A stretch of 64,000 bases of DNA, from assembly GCA_020137815.1 (NCBI GenBank), contig CM035353.1:2232001-2296000 (forward strand). Reading direction: 5' to 3'. Every line of letters begins with the position of its first letter. Within the stretch, counting starts at the first letter, position 1. The stretch comes from Hormiphora californensis. Lineage: Eukaryota > Animalia > Ctenophora. The notes beneath the pieces were generated by a model, which was not told where the DNA came from, ran no database searches, and saw nothing but the letters and a program-made list of their open reading frames with translations. A program made the position numbers and the translations under genes. This document shows positions 42,855 through 56,690 of this stretch, in pieces.

Positions 42855-45679
42855 ATACCTACGAATCACGTCGTCACACTGACGGATCACGTCGTCACAC
42901 TGACGATAGGGTGTCACATTTCCGTCAAATTTACATTAGATATAGTTAGATTAGATTAGATAGATATCAACATGAACAATACAGTATTTATTTGCTTCTA
43001 GTTTATACCTGTTGGTTTTACTCTGTAGCTGTCAGATGCAGTGTCCCCGGAGACAAATTTTATCTTCTCCACATCACTTTCCGCACTAACTGATACACAG
43101 TTAGCGTTAATACTGCCCAAGGGAACTGGTGTTCAGAACCCCCAACCCCTTTTCACTTAGGCAAAAGGGTGGAAAGCCGCCCTTTCGAATTGTCCACATC
43201 TTTTTTACTTCCTCGGGTGGTTGTTCCCTGGGGGGGGTGGGCCCATGACCCGGGTAAGTAGTTGATGAGGTAGCCGGGCCCTTTTGGTTTAGGTAAAAAA
43301 TCACCCTCACCCATCCCTGTAAAAATTTTTCCTTTTTTGCGTGTTGTGGTCACCCAAAAACTTCTCCCCATCCCCAAATAGTAGAGCTGGTTTTTTTATT
43401 TGAAGAGGGGGGCTTCCAGATCAAAGGGAGTAAAGTATCAAGGGCCACTTTAATCCAGCTGAAATGAGGGCATAATAATCTTATCTTATATTTCCGTACC
43501 CTTTCCAAGCTAGGATGCCATTACAGCGCCGTTGACTTGTAGTCCCTAAGGGGAAAAATCTAAAAAAAAATGAAAGTCAGGAAAAGGCAGCCCATCAACC
43601 GGAAAAATCCCAACTGAAATGAGAGCCCCTCACTCGGGGGGGCCCAAAATTTTTTCCATTCTGTTTGGAAAATAGGTTTTACGTAGCGCGCGATGACAAA
43701 CACACGGGGCATGGTCCCCGTTTTTTTCCTCTCCTTCTTGGCCACATTGATGCCCGAGTGAGATCGAGGTCCCCACAGCGAAAAGGGGAAACGATCTCAC
43801 ATTTCAGGCCCCCGCCCCTTTTTTTAAAGAAAATTTTCCCAAAAAAACCCCTGCCAAGGAACTGTTTGGGCTCCCGGCAGGAAAAATTTTTTATTTTCAA
43901 AAAAACCGGGGGTTTTACAAAAGGACCCTTTTTTAAAATTGATTTTTGAAAAATTTTTAAAAATTAAAAATCCCCCCCGGGGTTGGGGCTTTTTAGATAA
44001 AGGGCCGGCCCCGTGTAGGAATTTTTGGAAAAAAGCCCTCTCTAGGAAAATTTGGGGGAAAATTAAGGGTTTTATGCTAAATCCTAAAAAATTAAAAAAC
44101 CCCCATTTTAAAACCTACCCGGGGCCCAAAACGGGGGGGAACCCTTTTAAAAGAAAAGGGGTGGAAACCAAAATTGGGGGTTTTTTGGGCCCCCCCGAAC
44201 CGGTTCCCAAGGGGACCAAAATTTTAAAGATTTAATGTTTAAAGAGTCCAAAGAGAAATTTTTAAAAAGAAATCCGGGCCCTTTAAGGCTTTTTAAAAAG
44301 GGGCCTTTTTGAGTTTTAAATTTGGACACAACAACCAAAGGGAAAACCCAAAAAACTTTTTAATTGCACTGGCCCAAACCCCAAAAACAAAATAACCCAA
44401 TTTGGAAATTTTTTTTTCCTTAAAATAAATTTTCCCAGTTTTTGAAAAGGGGGGATCGATTAAAAAGGGGAAAAGACCTAAATTAGCACTTTTTTAAAAA
44501 GGGTCCCTCCCATCGGGGAAAAGGGGGGGAGAGGAGGGAAGGTTGGAGGAGGGAAAAAAGGCCCAAACAAGGCGGGAATGGGGGCGATAAGAGGTGAGGA
44601 GGAGAAAAAGGAAAGAGGCGAGGAAAGGCAGGGTGAGGAGAGAAGGGGGGGAGAAGAGAGGAAAAGGGCAAGGAGAAAGGGGATCCTCCCCAACAAACTC
44701 CACCCCTGGTTTCAAAACCCTACGGTTTTCAAAAATAACGGCCTTTGTTCTTCTCTCGGGCCCTCTTACCTTCCATTACTCTTCCATTTAAAAGTGGCAC
44801 AACAAAAAGGGGGGAAAACAAAAGGGTCCTTTTGGGGGCCCCCCCCAAACCCCCACCATTACGATGGTTTAAGATAAATTTAGCATCCCCTTGAGCAGGG
44901 AAAGGCCCCCGGGGGCCCTTTTCCAAACCCCGGCCCCCCCCTCCCCTTTTTTCTCTTTTTCCCCCCTTTTTTTTCTTCTTCCCCTATCCCTCTCTCCCCT
45001 TTTCCTTTTTTCTTTCTCTCTCTCCCTCTCTCTTTTTTTTCGCTCACTCTCTCTCTTCTCTCTTTTCCCCTCTCTTTTGTGTGCATCAAAGTGATAAATA
45101 GGTTGGGGAGGACCTTTTTGGGAAAAGGCTTAAAGGGGCCTCTTCCAAAAGGTCCTCCCCCCCATTAGTCTCCCCGTGCCCTTTACAACCTCTTTTCCCC
45201 CCCTCCCCCCTATCTCTCCTATTTTACAAAAATCAAACTCTCTATCTTCTGGGTCTCTCCTCTTTTGCCTCTCTCTCTCTCTCCCTTTTCCCCGCTTTCT
45301 GCTCTCTCTTCTTCGCTCTCTTCCTCCGCTTTTCTCTTTTCGCTCTCTCTCTCTTTGCCCCCTCGCCTCCTCTTCTCTCTCTCTCTTCATTTTCTTTCTC
45401 CCCTTCTTTTCCTCTCTTTTTCTCTTCCTCTCTTCTTTTCTCTTCTCTCTCTTCTCCCCCTTTCTCTCTCTTTTCTCTTTTCTCCCTCTCTCCCTCTCTC
45501 CGCTTTTCTCGTCTCTCTCCCCTCTTTTTCTCTCTCCCCTTCTGTTTTTTTTAGCGCCGGGGATATATGATTTACCCCAATCTTTTTAAATTTTTCCATT
45601 TTTTCCCCCCTGTCTCCCCCACTTTTTTGGTGTGCCTTATAGCTAATGGTCTTGTCAAGAAACTACAGCAGCTCTCCTT

Positions 45680-45855
<176 letters not shown>

Positions 45856-47204
45856 GCTGTAATTTTTTAGGTACTGGTAGGGGGAGCAGCGGCAGGGGGT
45901 TTGGGGACCGATTCTCACAGATTTTAGACATTTAGAAGTCCATCTCCACCTTCTTTCTGTTTACGTAGCATCTGTATGTTTTGAAGGCCGAAGGGGGCGA
46001 AGCCCCCGGAAAATTTAGAATTTTAACTGATTTTCACATTCTCTACAAAATATTTCAATAAAATTTCCATTTTTGGTAAATCCCAGCCCCCCCCCCCCCC
46101 CCGGTGTCGTGGGCCCTGCAACGCAACTGGATTCAGCTTTCTCTCTTATCGTTCATTTTTTCGCCTTTCGGTGCACGAGCCAATCAGAAGCTTTGATTTC
46201 GAAATTAAGGCCCAAACTACAGAAAGCTAAATCCGGTTGAGTTGGATTCCTCTCCAAAAGCTGCAATTTAGAAAATCTCAGCATTGTGGGTACGTCACGC
46301 CCCCCTGTTCGCACGTCCCTCACACACTGTATTGTTCATACAACAGCACAACTCACACATACGGGACCTGTATGGCGGCACCATAGCCCAATTTGATTAT
46401 CTGAGCACGCAGCAGTGCGCTCAGATGGGGTCACGGCGCCAGACAGTACAGGACTTGGCCTGCTAGGCGGTCAATTCAGCAGGGGGTTTCGATCACAGTC
46501 AGATACTAACAGGGCATACACTTACAAACAGGGAATATTCTGTCTGGCAGCTCCAAACCCATTATAATTCTTAAAACACGGTACAATGTGGTCCGATCGG
46601 GTGCAGGTGCCGGGCTTGTTTCCTCATGAAATGGGAAATGGTTGTATTTAACAAATGAACGACAAACTTATTTTTGGGTAAACGCTCAGGAAATCAGAAC
46701 TATGACGTACAATATATTGGGACAAATTAGCAAATAAGTTAGCATTCTCCTAAAATAACTCCTTGCCAGAACCACACTCGAAAATTTTTGTACCAAATAA
46801 TCCCGTTCCAGACCTAGTACACCAGATATAACTAGTGAAATTTTTGGTCCCCTCTCATTTAATTACATTAATTAGCGTGTATTTTAGTGTAAGTGGGGTT
46901 TTAGGGCATGGGGTAACTTTGAAATGAGGGTGGGGTAACTTTGGACACCCGTCCAAAGTTACCCCACTATAGTAATATTGGAACAAACATAAATCCGAAC
47001 ATTTTGCAATGATAAATAAATGAACCTAAAATGTTTAAATGGGGTTTAAATGGGTCAATAAATTAAAAAAGAACAATAGGGTTAGCCAAACGCCCCATGA
47101 TTTAAAAAAACATTTGTTGATGTCGACTCAACTTTTTTGGGTGTGAGGAATGATGAAACTAGCCACCAAATAAAATTTCAGCTCAATCGGACTTGATTTA
47201 GAGG

Positions 47205-47515
47205 TTGCCACATCCGGCCTGAAACCCATCAAACTTCAGTAATTTGGGGTCCCTCATCCATCCTGTAGTTTGGTAGATGGTATTGGCCCTCTAGGCGAGT
47301 GTGTTAGTTCTTTTTGCTGAATTGGATAGACAGGAAGTGGTTTACTTATAATGGGTACTGGCTAAATAAAGGAGTTTTGGTACCTGTGCTCCTGGCTCCT
47401 GCATAGATTGTCTACAAGAACTAGAACACTCGCCTAGAGATCCAATACCATCTAACAAGCTACAGGATGGATGAGGAACCCCAAATTATTGTTTGATGGG
47501 TTTCATGCCGGATTT
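47205..47515. repeat. Imperfect palindrome within a ggggtaactttgg/ccaaagttacccc repeat element (about 46910-47725)
   Basis: atccggcctgaaacccatcaaac...tttgatgggtttcatgccggat. Confidence 0.65.
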
Positions 47516-49647
47516 CTGTGATTTAGCTCCATAAAATAGTTAGAATCCTAGTTTTTTTTCACTAACCTATCGAATAGATGGATGGAAATGGGCGTGGAGT
47601 GGGCTGAATCTAGATTATATGGCCCTAAGCTATTCAGAGAGGGTCTAAGGCAACTCTACAGACATCATTAATTCCAAACCTGTATTGTGGGGTAACTTTG
47701 GCACCAGCGTCAAAGTTACCCCAAATCAAAAATTGGGGGGTAAATTTTGGGGAATTTGGACCCCGCCATTCCAATTAAAAAAGGGGGGTTTTTTTTCCCA
47801 ATTAGAAAGAAAAAATTTTAAAGGGCAAAAATTTTTTTTAAAAACCCTTAGGAGGGCAGGCTGGAGAGGATACGAGCGCGATTGCCTACTGAGAACAGGA
47901 GGAAAAAAGAGGGATGTCCGGAACCCTAAAAATGCATAAATGATGGTGGTTGTTTTAGGTCTATCCGCCTATAGACGTGTGTATGGGGAAGTCATTGAGT
48001 TGTGGGTGCATGAAACTTACCCCTTTCTCATATCTGTGAGAGATGCCCTGCGAATGCCAGAGGTTAGGGGCCTAGGTTAGTAATTGCTGTAACCACCTAA
48101 AACACAAAATGAATCATGGATATGAGCAATGAATGTTCTCATCTCAGGACTTGTGTCCTGCGAACATGTTACCGAAAGGTATTACGGTAAGACGTGTGGT
48201 AGACACCTGATTATGATACTCTCATATGGATAGATATGGTTGCCTGAAAAAGTATTTGTAAGGGGTAGGGGATAACTGTAATTTGCAATCCATTTAACGA
48301 GACCCCCCGACTACCTACTTTGAAAAAAGGCCCCCCTTTTTTCCCCGCTCACCCATGAATGTTTATAAACAAAACCCTTCTATAAATTAAACACCGAAGG
48401 GCACGTGCCATCTGCAGTCTAAAAAGGGGACCTAGGGGGGCACCCGGAAAGGTAATGGGGGGGGAAAAATGGGAATAAGAACCAAGCCGATCCCGTTGAA
48501 GCGGAAGGGACGAAACAGACTGGGGCCAGTAGAAAAATAGGGGGAGGGGGAGGGAACGAGGAGAGGGTCAGCCTAGAAAAATAAAAAAAATAAAATAGTG
48601 GCCCTGGGGGGGGGGGAAAAAATTAGAAGCCGCACCTTCGCTGTAAAAAAATCGATGAAGCCGGGGGTTTAAACGGGGGAAGTAACTAGGAAAGAGTACA
48701 TAGGGATGAAAAAAAAAAGTGCCTAAAGACACTATACAGAAGAAATGAAATGAAGGTTTATTTCATAATACATGGTGTTGAGGATGATGGATCTGACTGC
48801 AAACTGATGACGGGCGAGACGTACTGACTGATGACTGACTGACGCTGACCCGTGCTGCTGATGTGATGACTGACTCAAAATTGAGTTAATGATAACCGCG
48901 ACAGAATACAACGAAAAATCAACGGGATAGTAAGACAAAAAAACGACGTTTTTGTTTTTCGAGGGGATGCTGAGAAAGGGTTTCCATCCCTTTTGCAGTG
49001 ATTGAACAGGTACCGGAAGAGGGTTTTGGGCATCAGGAAAATACACACCCCCAAAACTTTTTCTTACTAGTTTTTTTCGTTTACCCGGTTTCTTTGGGGG
49101 TAGCGGGGGGCCCCCCTTTCCCTTGCAAACAAAAATTGGCAGTGAAAGAAGTGGTTGAAATGAACTTTCTAACAGCTTTTGACCTTCCCCAAATTAAACC
49201 CTTTCTCCTTCACCTCGCTGCCAAAAATAAAAAAAGGGTTTTAAAAGCGAAAAATGGGCAGAGCATTCATGTTTTGGGGAGTGGCGCGCGCACACAAGTC
49301 CATCAAACTGTTTCAATGAGGGGTTTTAGAAGGAGAGCCGTACGGTGCGCGGCTCTGTTTCCTGTTGCCCCCGCCGGTGGCCCGAATTTTGCATTTTTGG
49401 TTCATAAGCTGAGTTTCCGCCCTACCGTTTACATGTCAGTGCATTTTCATGCCAACAGGATCAGGGTTGGTTAATGAAGTGAGAGAACGATTTGCTGAGT
49501 TTTTTCTCCGCTTGGTTCTCCCCTCCGCCTTGCTACTGGTTGGTGTCCCCTGGTCAGCTTTTGACATTCCAACTTAACTACTTATCTAACATCTCACACT
49601 CGACTCACAAGATGAAAATGTGTATGTAACACGCGAAACGCGCGGCA

Positions 49648-51614
49648 GGGTGTGTCTCACCAAATTGACACCTCGAGTTTGGAAATTTTGTACAGGTCCG
49701 TAGACCACCTAAACATTGGCCAATTTTGTTAATTTTGGTACCAAACTGTCAGAAAATGTCTGAACTACTGAATTACTAAATATTATGATAATTATGCATC
49801 ACTGAGCTGAATTATGATGCATAATATGCCAAAAAAAGCCTTTTTTACGTTACATTTGTAACGACCGTAACGTTACGGTCGTTACAAAATACGGTCATTT
49901 TAGGCAACGACCCACGGCGTGCCTGGTGAAATTTTAACACGACCTAGCATGCGACGGGAAACCACCACTTGTACGTGGTAGCTGAGGGTCTACAGAATGG
50001 CGCTACGGTGCGGGAAAAAAAAGTCCATGCCCTAAAATCGTTTTTTTTACTTTTATTTGATTTGGGTCAAAATTGGCTATATTAAACGTGGTCCCGAAAA
50101 ATCCATAATGACTTGGCACACGAAATATGTCACCCCTACCTATTTTTGCACGTAGAATCGATTGCCGTTGAAGTCGAATCTCTAAAATGACTGTAAAATG
50201 GTCAAAAGTTGATTTTTTACCATTTTTTGGAGGTTTTTGGCCCCTAAACCATTGAAAACGTTGAGATAGGAATTTGAAACTAGTGCCAATCGTTAAAATG
50301 GTCATTTTTCTACCAAGAACCAAGTTTTCGTGTATATCCGATTTATGGTTAAATTTGGGCAAATTGTTGAAATCTGCCAACTAGGAGAACCGTAACTTGA
50401 TTTTCTTGTTTTTTGGATTTTGGCTTTTTTGACAAACTTCTGATTGAAATGGTCAATCGGGACCATGCTTAAGTTGTTTATGGGACAATTTTCGACTAAA
50501 ATCCAAGATTTCATACCAATCCAATAACAGATCGTTGATTTATAGAAAATTTAAGTAGGCAAAACGGTGAAAATAAGCAAGAAAAGTTGTCATTTTGACC
50601 GTTTTGCCTACTTAAATTTTCTATAAATCAACGATCTGTTATTGGATTGGTATGAAATCTTGGATTTTAGTCGAAAATTGTCCCATAAACAACTTAAGCA
50701 TGGTCCCGATTGACCATTTCAATCAGAAGTTTGTCAAAAATGCCAAAATCCAAAAAACAAGAAAATCAAGTTACGGTTCTCCTAGTTGGCAGATTTCAAC
50801 AATTTGCCCAAATTTAACCATAAATCGGATATACACGAAAACTTGGTTCTTGGTAGAAAAATGACCATTTTAACGATTGGCACTAGTTTCAAATTCCTAT
50901 CTCAACGTTTTCAATGGTTTAGGGGCCAAAAACCTCCAAAAAATGGTAAAAAATCAACTTTTGACCATTTTACAGTCATTTTAGAGATTCGACTTCAACG
51001 GCAATCGATTCTACGTGCAAAAATAGGTAGGGGTGACATATTTCGTGTGCCAAGTCATTATGGATTTTTCGGGACCACGTTTAATATAGCCAATTTTGAC
51101 CCAAATCAAATAAAAGTAAAAAAAACGATTTTAGGGCATGGACTTTTTTTTCCCGCACCGTAGCGCCATTCTGTAGACCCTCAGCTACCACGTACAAGTG
51201 GTGGTTTCCCGTCGCATGCTAGGTCGTGTTAAAATTTCACCAGGCACGCCGTGGACCGTAACATTACGGTGGTAAAACGTTACGGTCGTTTCAAATGTAA
51301 CGACCGTAACGTTACGGTCGTTACAAATGTAACGACCGTTACGTTACAGTCGTTACATATGTAACGACCGTTACGTTACGGTCGTTACGACAATTTTATG
51401 TGTAATTTTAAATAGAATACACTGTAACGACCGAAACGTTACGGTCGTTACCAATGTTACGGTCGCTAATTAATTAATAATTAATTAATTAATAATCAAT
51501 TAAACTGACGCGACATACCGAAATGATCAGTCCTTTACCCGCTTTCAGATGATATAATTTTTTTTGAAATTCTCCGAGTTTGAAATTTTGGTGTCAATTT
51601 GGTGAGACACACCC
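49648..51614. mobile_element. About 2-kb foldback element with about 660-bp near-perfect inner arms
   Basis: TIR GGGTGTGTCTCACCAAATTGACACC; arms about 49912-50570/50598-51255; flanking direct repeat GGCA (or CGGCAG). Confidence 0.85.
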
Positions 51615-51766
51615 GGCAGAGCATTTCATGTTTTGTTGAGTGGCGCGCGCACACGTCCATCAAACTGTGTCAATGAGGTGTTTGATGAAGGAGTAGCTCG
51701 TCACTGTGCGCGCGGCTCTAGTTGCTACACCGTTGCCCCTCGCAACGAAAGTGTGACCAAAATGGT

Positions 51767-52011
51767 CCCTCTACCGATTAGTTAGTATACCAAAATGTCG
51801 TTTTCGAGTTCTAACCCTGCTATGCCTTTTTACAAAGTAAAAAGGCATCCGGGTGAATGCCTTCGGCATTCACCCGGGCAGGGAAAAAATGTCCCTCTAC
51901 CGATTAGTTAGTATACCAAAATGTCGTTTTCGAATTCTAACCCTGCTATGCCTTTTTACAAAGTAAAAAGGCATCCGGGTGATTCGGCATTCACCCGGGC
52001 AGGGAAAAAAT
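51767..52011. repeat. About 124-bp tandem duplication with a strong hairpin ccgggtgaatgcc-ttc-ggcattcacccgg
   Basis: Direct reading. Confidence 0.85.
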
Positions 52012-52949
52012 AATTGTACCGTTAGTTAGGCATTTGTAGGTCAATTACTTGTACACCCAAAAATTATGCCAAATCTGTCGTTATCTGTTGGTAATTTTGG
52101 ACTAAAGCCAAATTTTGAAAGTGTCCAAAATTACCCTGCAAAACAAAGGTACCCCAGATTACGGTACGTTTACGTAGGGCGCGCGGTCGGAGGAGTGGGT
52201 CCGTTCGCGCGCTTTGCTATTCTTCTACACAAGCTTCCATGACAACATGTGTGTTTCACTTGCTGCAGCTGATCCGGATGATGATTGTAGATCAGGGATT
52301 CACGAGTCACGCGAGTAGACTGTAAAATCACACACATATTACAGAGCTCCTATGAATGGTTCACAGAGGGGGTACTGCAGAAAGGGCTGCTGCAGGAAAA
52401 CAATATAGCAAGCAGAAACTTGTTAAGATCTAGAAAAAAAATACGATGAATAGAAAAGAAGCCGCAGCCCGCATGTCATTACTGAGGTACGTTGTGTAGC
52501 GTGAATCTGAAACATGCACACTGGCCTCCTTCTCTCCTATTTCTGATTTGGCTGTTCAACTTTTAACAACTGCTCTTTAGCTCTCTTGAACTCGGAATAG
52601 CTTAATTTTTCGTGTTTCATTTGGATATACACTTGATTCCATGGGTCGCTTGACTGGAGAGATGGTGCAATTTAATCGGCTAAACAAACGTGGCCTACTT
52701 CTACATGTACCTAAACACGAGTTAGGTACAGCTGCAGTTACGTCTTTTTACCAGGAAAAAGGCACTACACTATATCGTGTGATGTGCACTGTGGGGTCTG
52801 GCATAGACTCTGTGGCGCTAGACACCATGTGCAGTAGTACGGCCTTGGGTTTCCTTGCCTTGTTAGACCTTCCTTCCGAGTTTGAACAAAACAGGGTTTT
52901 CCTGTAAGCTATCGGAGCTTACACCTCCCGGTTATCTCTCATTTTTCAG

Positions 52950-53537
52950 TGAAACTCCGTGAAGAGTTAGACAAAAAGGAGGAAGTGAAGTTACGAAGAC
53001 AGAGAGTGGCCGATGAGAAAAGATTCCAAGAGACACTAAAACTTCGTCAACGAAATGAGGTGGGTGACATGTCCAGGAACCGACCGAATCAGGAAATACT
53101 AGTCCCTGATTGGCTGATAACCAGTCACGTGACCTAAATAACGAGTTCTGATTGGTTGTTTACTTATTTCGGTCGGTTCCTAGTGATGTCCAACCAAAAT
53201 AATAGGAGAACCATATGTAACACCCACCCAACCACCCTAACTGTCATTGGTGCAATACCCCCTGTCTCAGAAGTGTCTGGCGCCGCAGTCCCCATCTGAG
53301 CACACTGTCAAATCGGGGGGCCAGAAGCCAGTCCCCGGAACCGATTGCATTTGGATATATATTTTTCTCTGAATTGGGAGTTTTCAAAACCTTTTCTCTC
53401 AGATTTACGCCCTAAATGCAGCTATGAAGAAGTTAGAGGAAGATCGATTTCTCGAGTACAAACAGGGAAAGAGTGGAGGAATCAAGTCACCCGTTCCCGA
53501 AAGTTGTGACTCAGCTCATAGACTTGGGGCGGTGTAG
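52950..53537 (+). CDS. SVBP: Small vasohibin-binding protein homolog (last two exons 52950-53059 and 53403-53537; N-terminus unresolved)
   Basis: Spliced LKLRQRNE|IYALNAAMKKLEEDRFLEY matches the SVBP signature [27 protein letters not shown]. Confidence 0.8.
53074..53182 (+). mobile_element. 109-bp hAT-like MITE in the SVBP intron
   Basis: Family TIRs; imperfect TSD. Confidence 0.88.
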
Positions 53538-54042
53538 TGGGAATATTTGTAATTTGAATTTTTTTATCAGAAAAGTGTAACTATATGTATATATTGAATG
53601 TGTTAAGAAAGAGGGTGGATCAATTCGAGAGAGGGGTAGAAATGCAATTGTTGAAATGGTCGGATTATGGAAGATCAACTCGATTTTAATTCTACCATGA
53701 ACCATATTGTTTTATTTGCCAGCAAATACCATTGCATGATTGTTGACCAACCAGCGAGAGGGGCAACACTGGAGCGCTTGTCAGCACATTTCAGGGAGAA
53801 ATCCGCGCGGTACAAGGCTCTTTAACAGCTCTCTGTACGCGCGCGAAATATTGCACTGTGGTGGGTTGACACAATCTACTCTCAACACACCGCAGCACTT
53901 TCTGTGCTAGTCGCGAGTGCGCTCCCTCCGTCCTTTGCCCCTCTCTCGCTTGATTAAACACTGAACACACGGTTGATTTCGGGGGGAATAAAAATTAAAA
54001 ATTATCACTCAAACACTGAGAGAATCCTCTTCATCATCGTGT

Positions 54043-54430
54043 CTAGTACTTGACCTCCTTCTTGGCCTGCTTCACGAAGGGCTTAGCAAGGTAGTCAGTG
54101 AACTCCTGGTAGGGCGAGTTGGTGAACACAGTTGGGCTCCACATATCAGGGGTCAGGTAACTGTAGGTAGCGGCAATGGCGGCGAAGGTAGCCTTGGCGA
54201 AGTTACCAAGGGTCGCAGTCTGGCCAATGGCACAGGTGTAACAATCCTCGAAACCAGACATGGCGAGTAGTTTCTTGGGGATGGGAGCGGAGACAAGTCC
54301 GGTTCCACGGGGGGCAGGGACGAGTCGGACAAGGACGGAACCACACTTGCCGGTCACTTTGCAGGGAACGGTGTGGGGAGATCCGATCTTGTTGCCCCAG
54401 TATCCTCGCCTGAGGGAAGGTAGGGAGGGT

Positions 54431-54496
<66 letters not shown>

Positions 54497-54828
54497 TAGA
54501 CAATGACATTAGTGCCAACACTTCCCATATACATACTGAGTACTGCACCTCTCCCGTGTCCCACATATACAGGGTGTCCCACATATAAATTACCTGACGG
54601 GCACCACGGATAGTTTAGCCAGGATGATAGCACCTCGAATGGCAGTGGCGACTTCCTTGGAGCACTTGACTCCTAGACCGATGTGGCCATCGTAATCTCC
54701 AATGGCAACGAATGCCTTGAATCGGGTCCTCTGTCCGGCACGGGTCTGTTTCTGGACGGGCATGATCTTCATAACCTGGAACGGGAGAGAGGGTTACTGG
54801 AGAGTAAGTGAGTGTATGTGAGTATTTG

Positions 54829-54862
<34 letters not shown>

Positions 54863-54863
54863 G

Positions 54864-54910
<47 letters not shown>

Positions 54911-55482
54911 CAAGTAAGTAATTAAGTAAGTAAGTAAGCAAGTAAGTAAGTAAGTGAGTAAGTAAGTAAGTAATTAAGTAAGTAAGTAACAACGAGTTAC
55001 GCTCAGATTGTAGTTTCTCAACAATTCTCACTATACGATCTACGAACAGATTGTGTGGGTACTACTAACCTCATCCTTGAGCTTGGTTCCCAGGAAAAAG
55101 TCAATGATCTCACTCTCCTTGATGGGCAGAGAGAACAGGTAGATCTCCTCGATTTTCTTGATCATACCATCCTTTACCAGTCGTCCGAGTTTGGTGCAAG
55201 GGAACCATTCCTTGTTCTCACCTAGAGAGGGGGCAACTCGTTAGTATCTCAGGAAGGGTTTAGAACTATGAATAGGGAAACCTGCACAGAGAAACAATTA
55301 GATAAATTCAAAAGGGAGGAGATGGGTCAAGGGGGCGTTAATAACTTACCGGCTCCTCGGTTGCCACCACGGTTACCACCACGGCCCCGACCTCGGCTTC
55401 CCCCACGGCTGCTGCCTCCTCGGCCAAAACCTCCACGAGAGCTTGGGGCTGGTGCACCGGCTGAATTAGCTGTATCCGCCAT
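54043..55482 (-). CDS. RPS2: 40S ribosomal protein S2 (uS5), 4 exons
   Basis: RGG-rich N-terminus, [67 protein letters not shown]. Confidence 0.97.
54828..54990. repeat. (AAGT)n microsatellite in an RPS2 intron
   Basis: Direct reading. Confidence 0.95.
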
Positions 55483-55689
55483 TGGTTGCTTTGTTTCTAT
55501 ACAAGAAGTGGCAGGGTTAGGAGAGTTGGACGGAATAATTTTACAGGTGGGGATATTACATCGAGTGAGTTTTTTCTATACACAGAATTCGGGGTCAGGT
55601 TAGAGTTGGAAATTGCAATGGGGGAGAGGGGTTTAAGCAGTAAAACAGCAGTCATGATAAGTTAAAAAGAACCAACAACACAAATCACT

Positions 55690-55968
55690 CTACTGGGCGG
55701 CCTTCTTCTTCTTTTCTGTGTTGTGTTTCTTTGAGAATTTCAGATTCCTGAAAAGGATGGAAAAGTGGTTAAATGCTTTGGTCACGAGCAAACAATGTCA
55801 GCTACAATTTAAGAAAATTACAATTTAGCAGAAAATTAAATTTCACCTGGCGAATTTGGAGTCCATGCCCTTGACAGCGATCTTCTTGGGGACATTGGGT
55901 TTCTTGATTCCGTTTCGGTGAGCCTTTCTGTTCTGGTTATGGTTGGTGTGGTTCTTACTCTTGGCCAT
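55690..55968 (-). CDS. RPL29: 60S ribosomal protein L29 (eL29), exons 55968-55847 and 55747-55690 (missed by the ORF track)
   Basis: [24 protein letters not shown]...KGMDSKFAR|NLKFSKKHN..*. Confidence 0.96.
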
Positions 55969-56594
55969 ACCGCTGCTGGCTAGTATTGGATAGTGGGGGG
56001 TTTAGAGTTTAGACACGAGGTAGGTGTGGGGGCTGGCTAGTGTTTGGATAGTGGGGGGTTTAGAGTGGGGGTTTTAGATACGAGGGGGGGGGGGGGCGGG
56101 CTGGATACATATATTGTTTGAACCTATTCAGTGGGGTTTAGACAAGAGAAGCCGGGCGGGAGTTGGGATTAGAGGGTCAAATAAACTTCTAATGTTGGTA
56201 TGCGGATTTATGTAAATTATGCTATGATTCAGTTGAATATATATCAGTATATTTAACACAATACTATACACATTGAAACATGATGACACCAGCTATTTAC
56301 ACACAGAAGAAAAAAAGAATATATTCCCCATCAGTTTACCAAGCCTTTAAACTACAGTCGGACCCCGATTTACCGGGATGATCGGGGGAAAGGGTTTTGC
56401 CCGGTGAATCGGGGTCCGACTGTAATAAATCACATTAATGTTCAGACTAACATTGAATTACCTACTACACTAAAATTGCTCATCCCAACATTTTTATCCA
56501 AAATAAAATGTGAAAATAACAGAGAGCTGGGCATTTAAAAAACAATAAAACATCAAATCGAAATCAGCCACAATCAATACTATTTATATTTGAG

Positions 56595-56690
56595 CAGGAA
56601 CCGACCGAATCAGGAAATACTGGTCCCTGATTGGCTGATAACCAGTCACGTGACCTAAATAAGGAGTTCTGATTGGTTGTATACTTGTTT
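56595..56690 (+). mobile_element. 3'-truncated hAT-like MITE abutting the FAPP2 stop codon
   Basis: Family sequence lacking the right TIR. Confidence 0.85.

Noticed and set aside
43107-45599. Many Lys/Gly/Phe/Pro-rich ORFs
   Set aside because: Homopolymer-rich low-quality sequence and degraded (CT)n
50003-51163. Identical 125-aa and 70-aa ORFs on opposite strands
   Set aside because: Mirror images from the palindrome; no transposase motifs recognised
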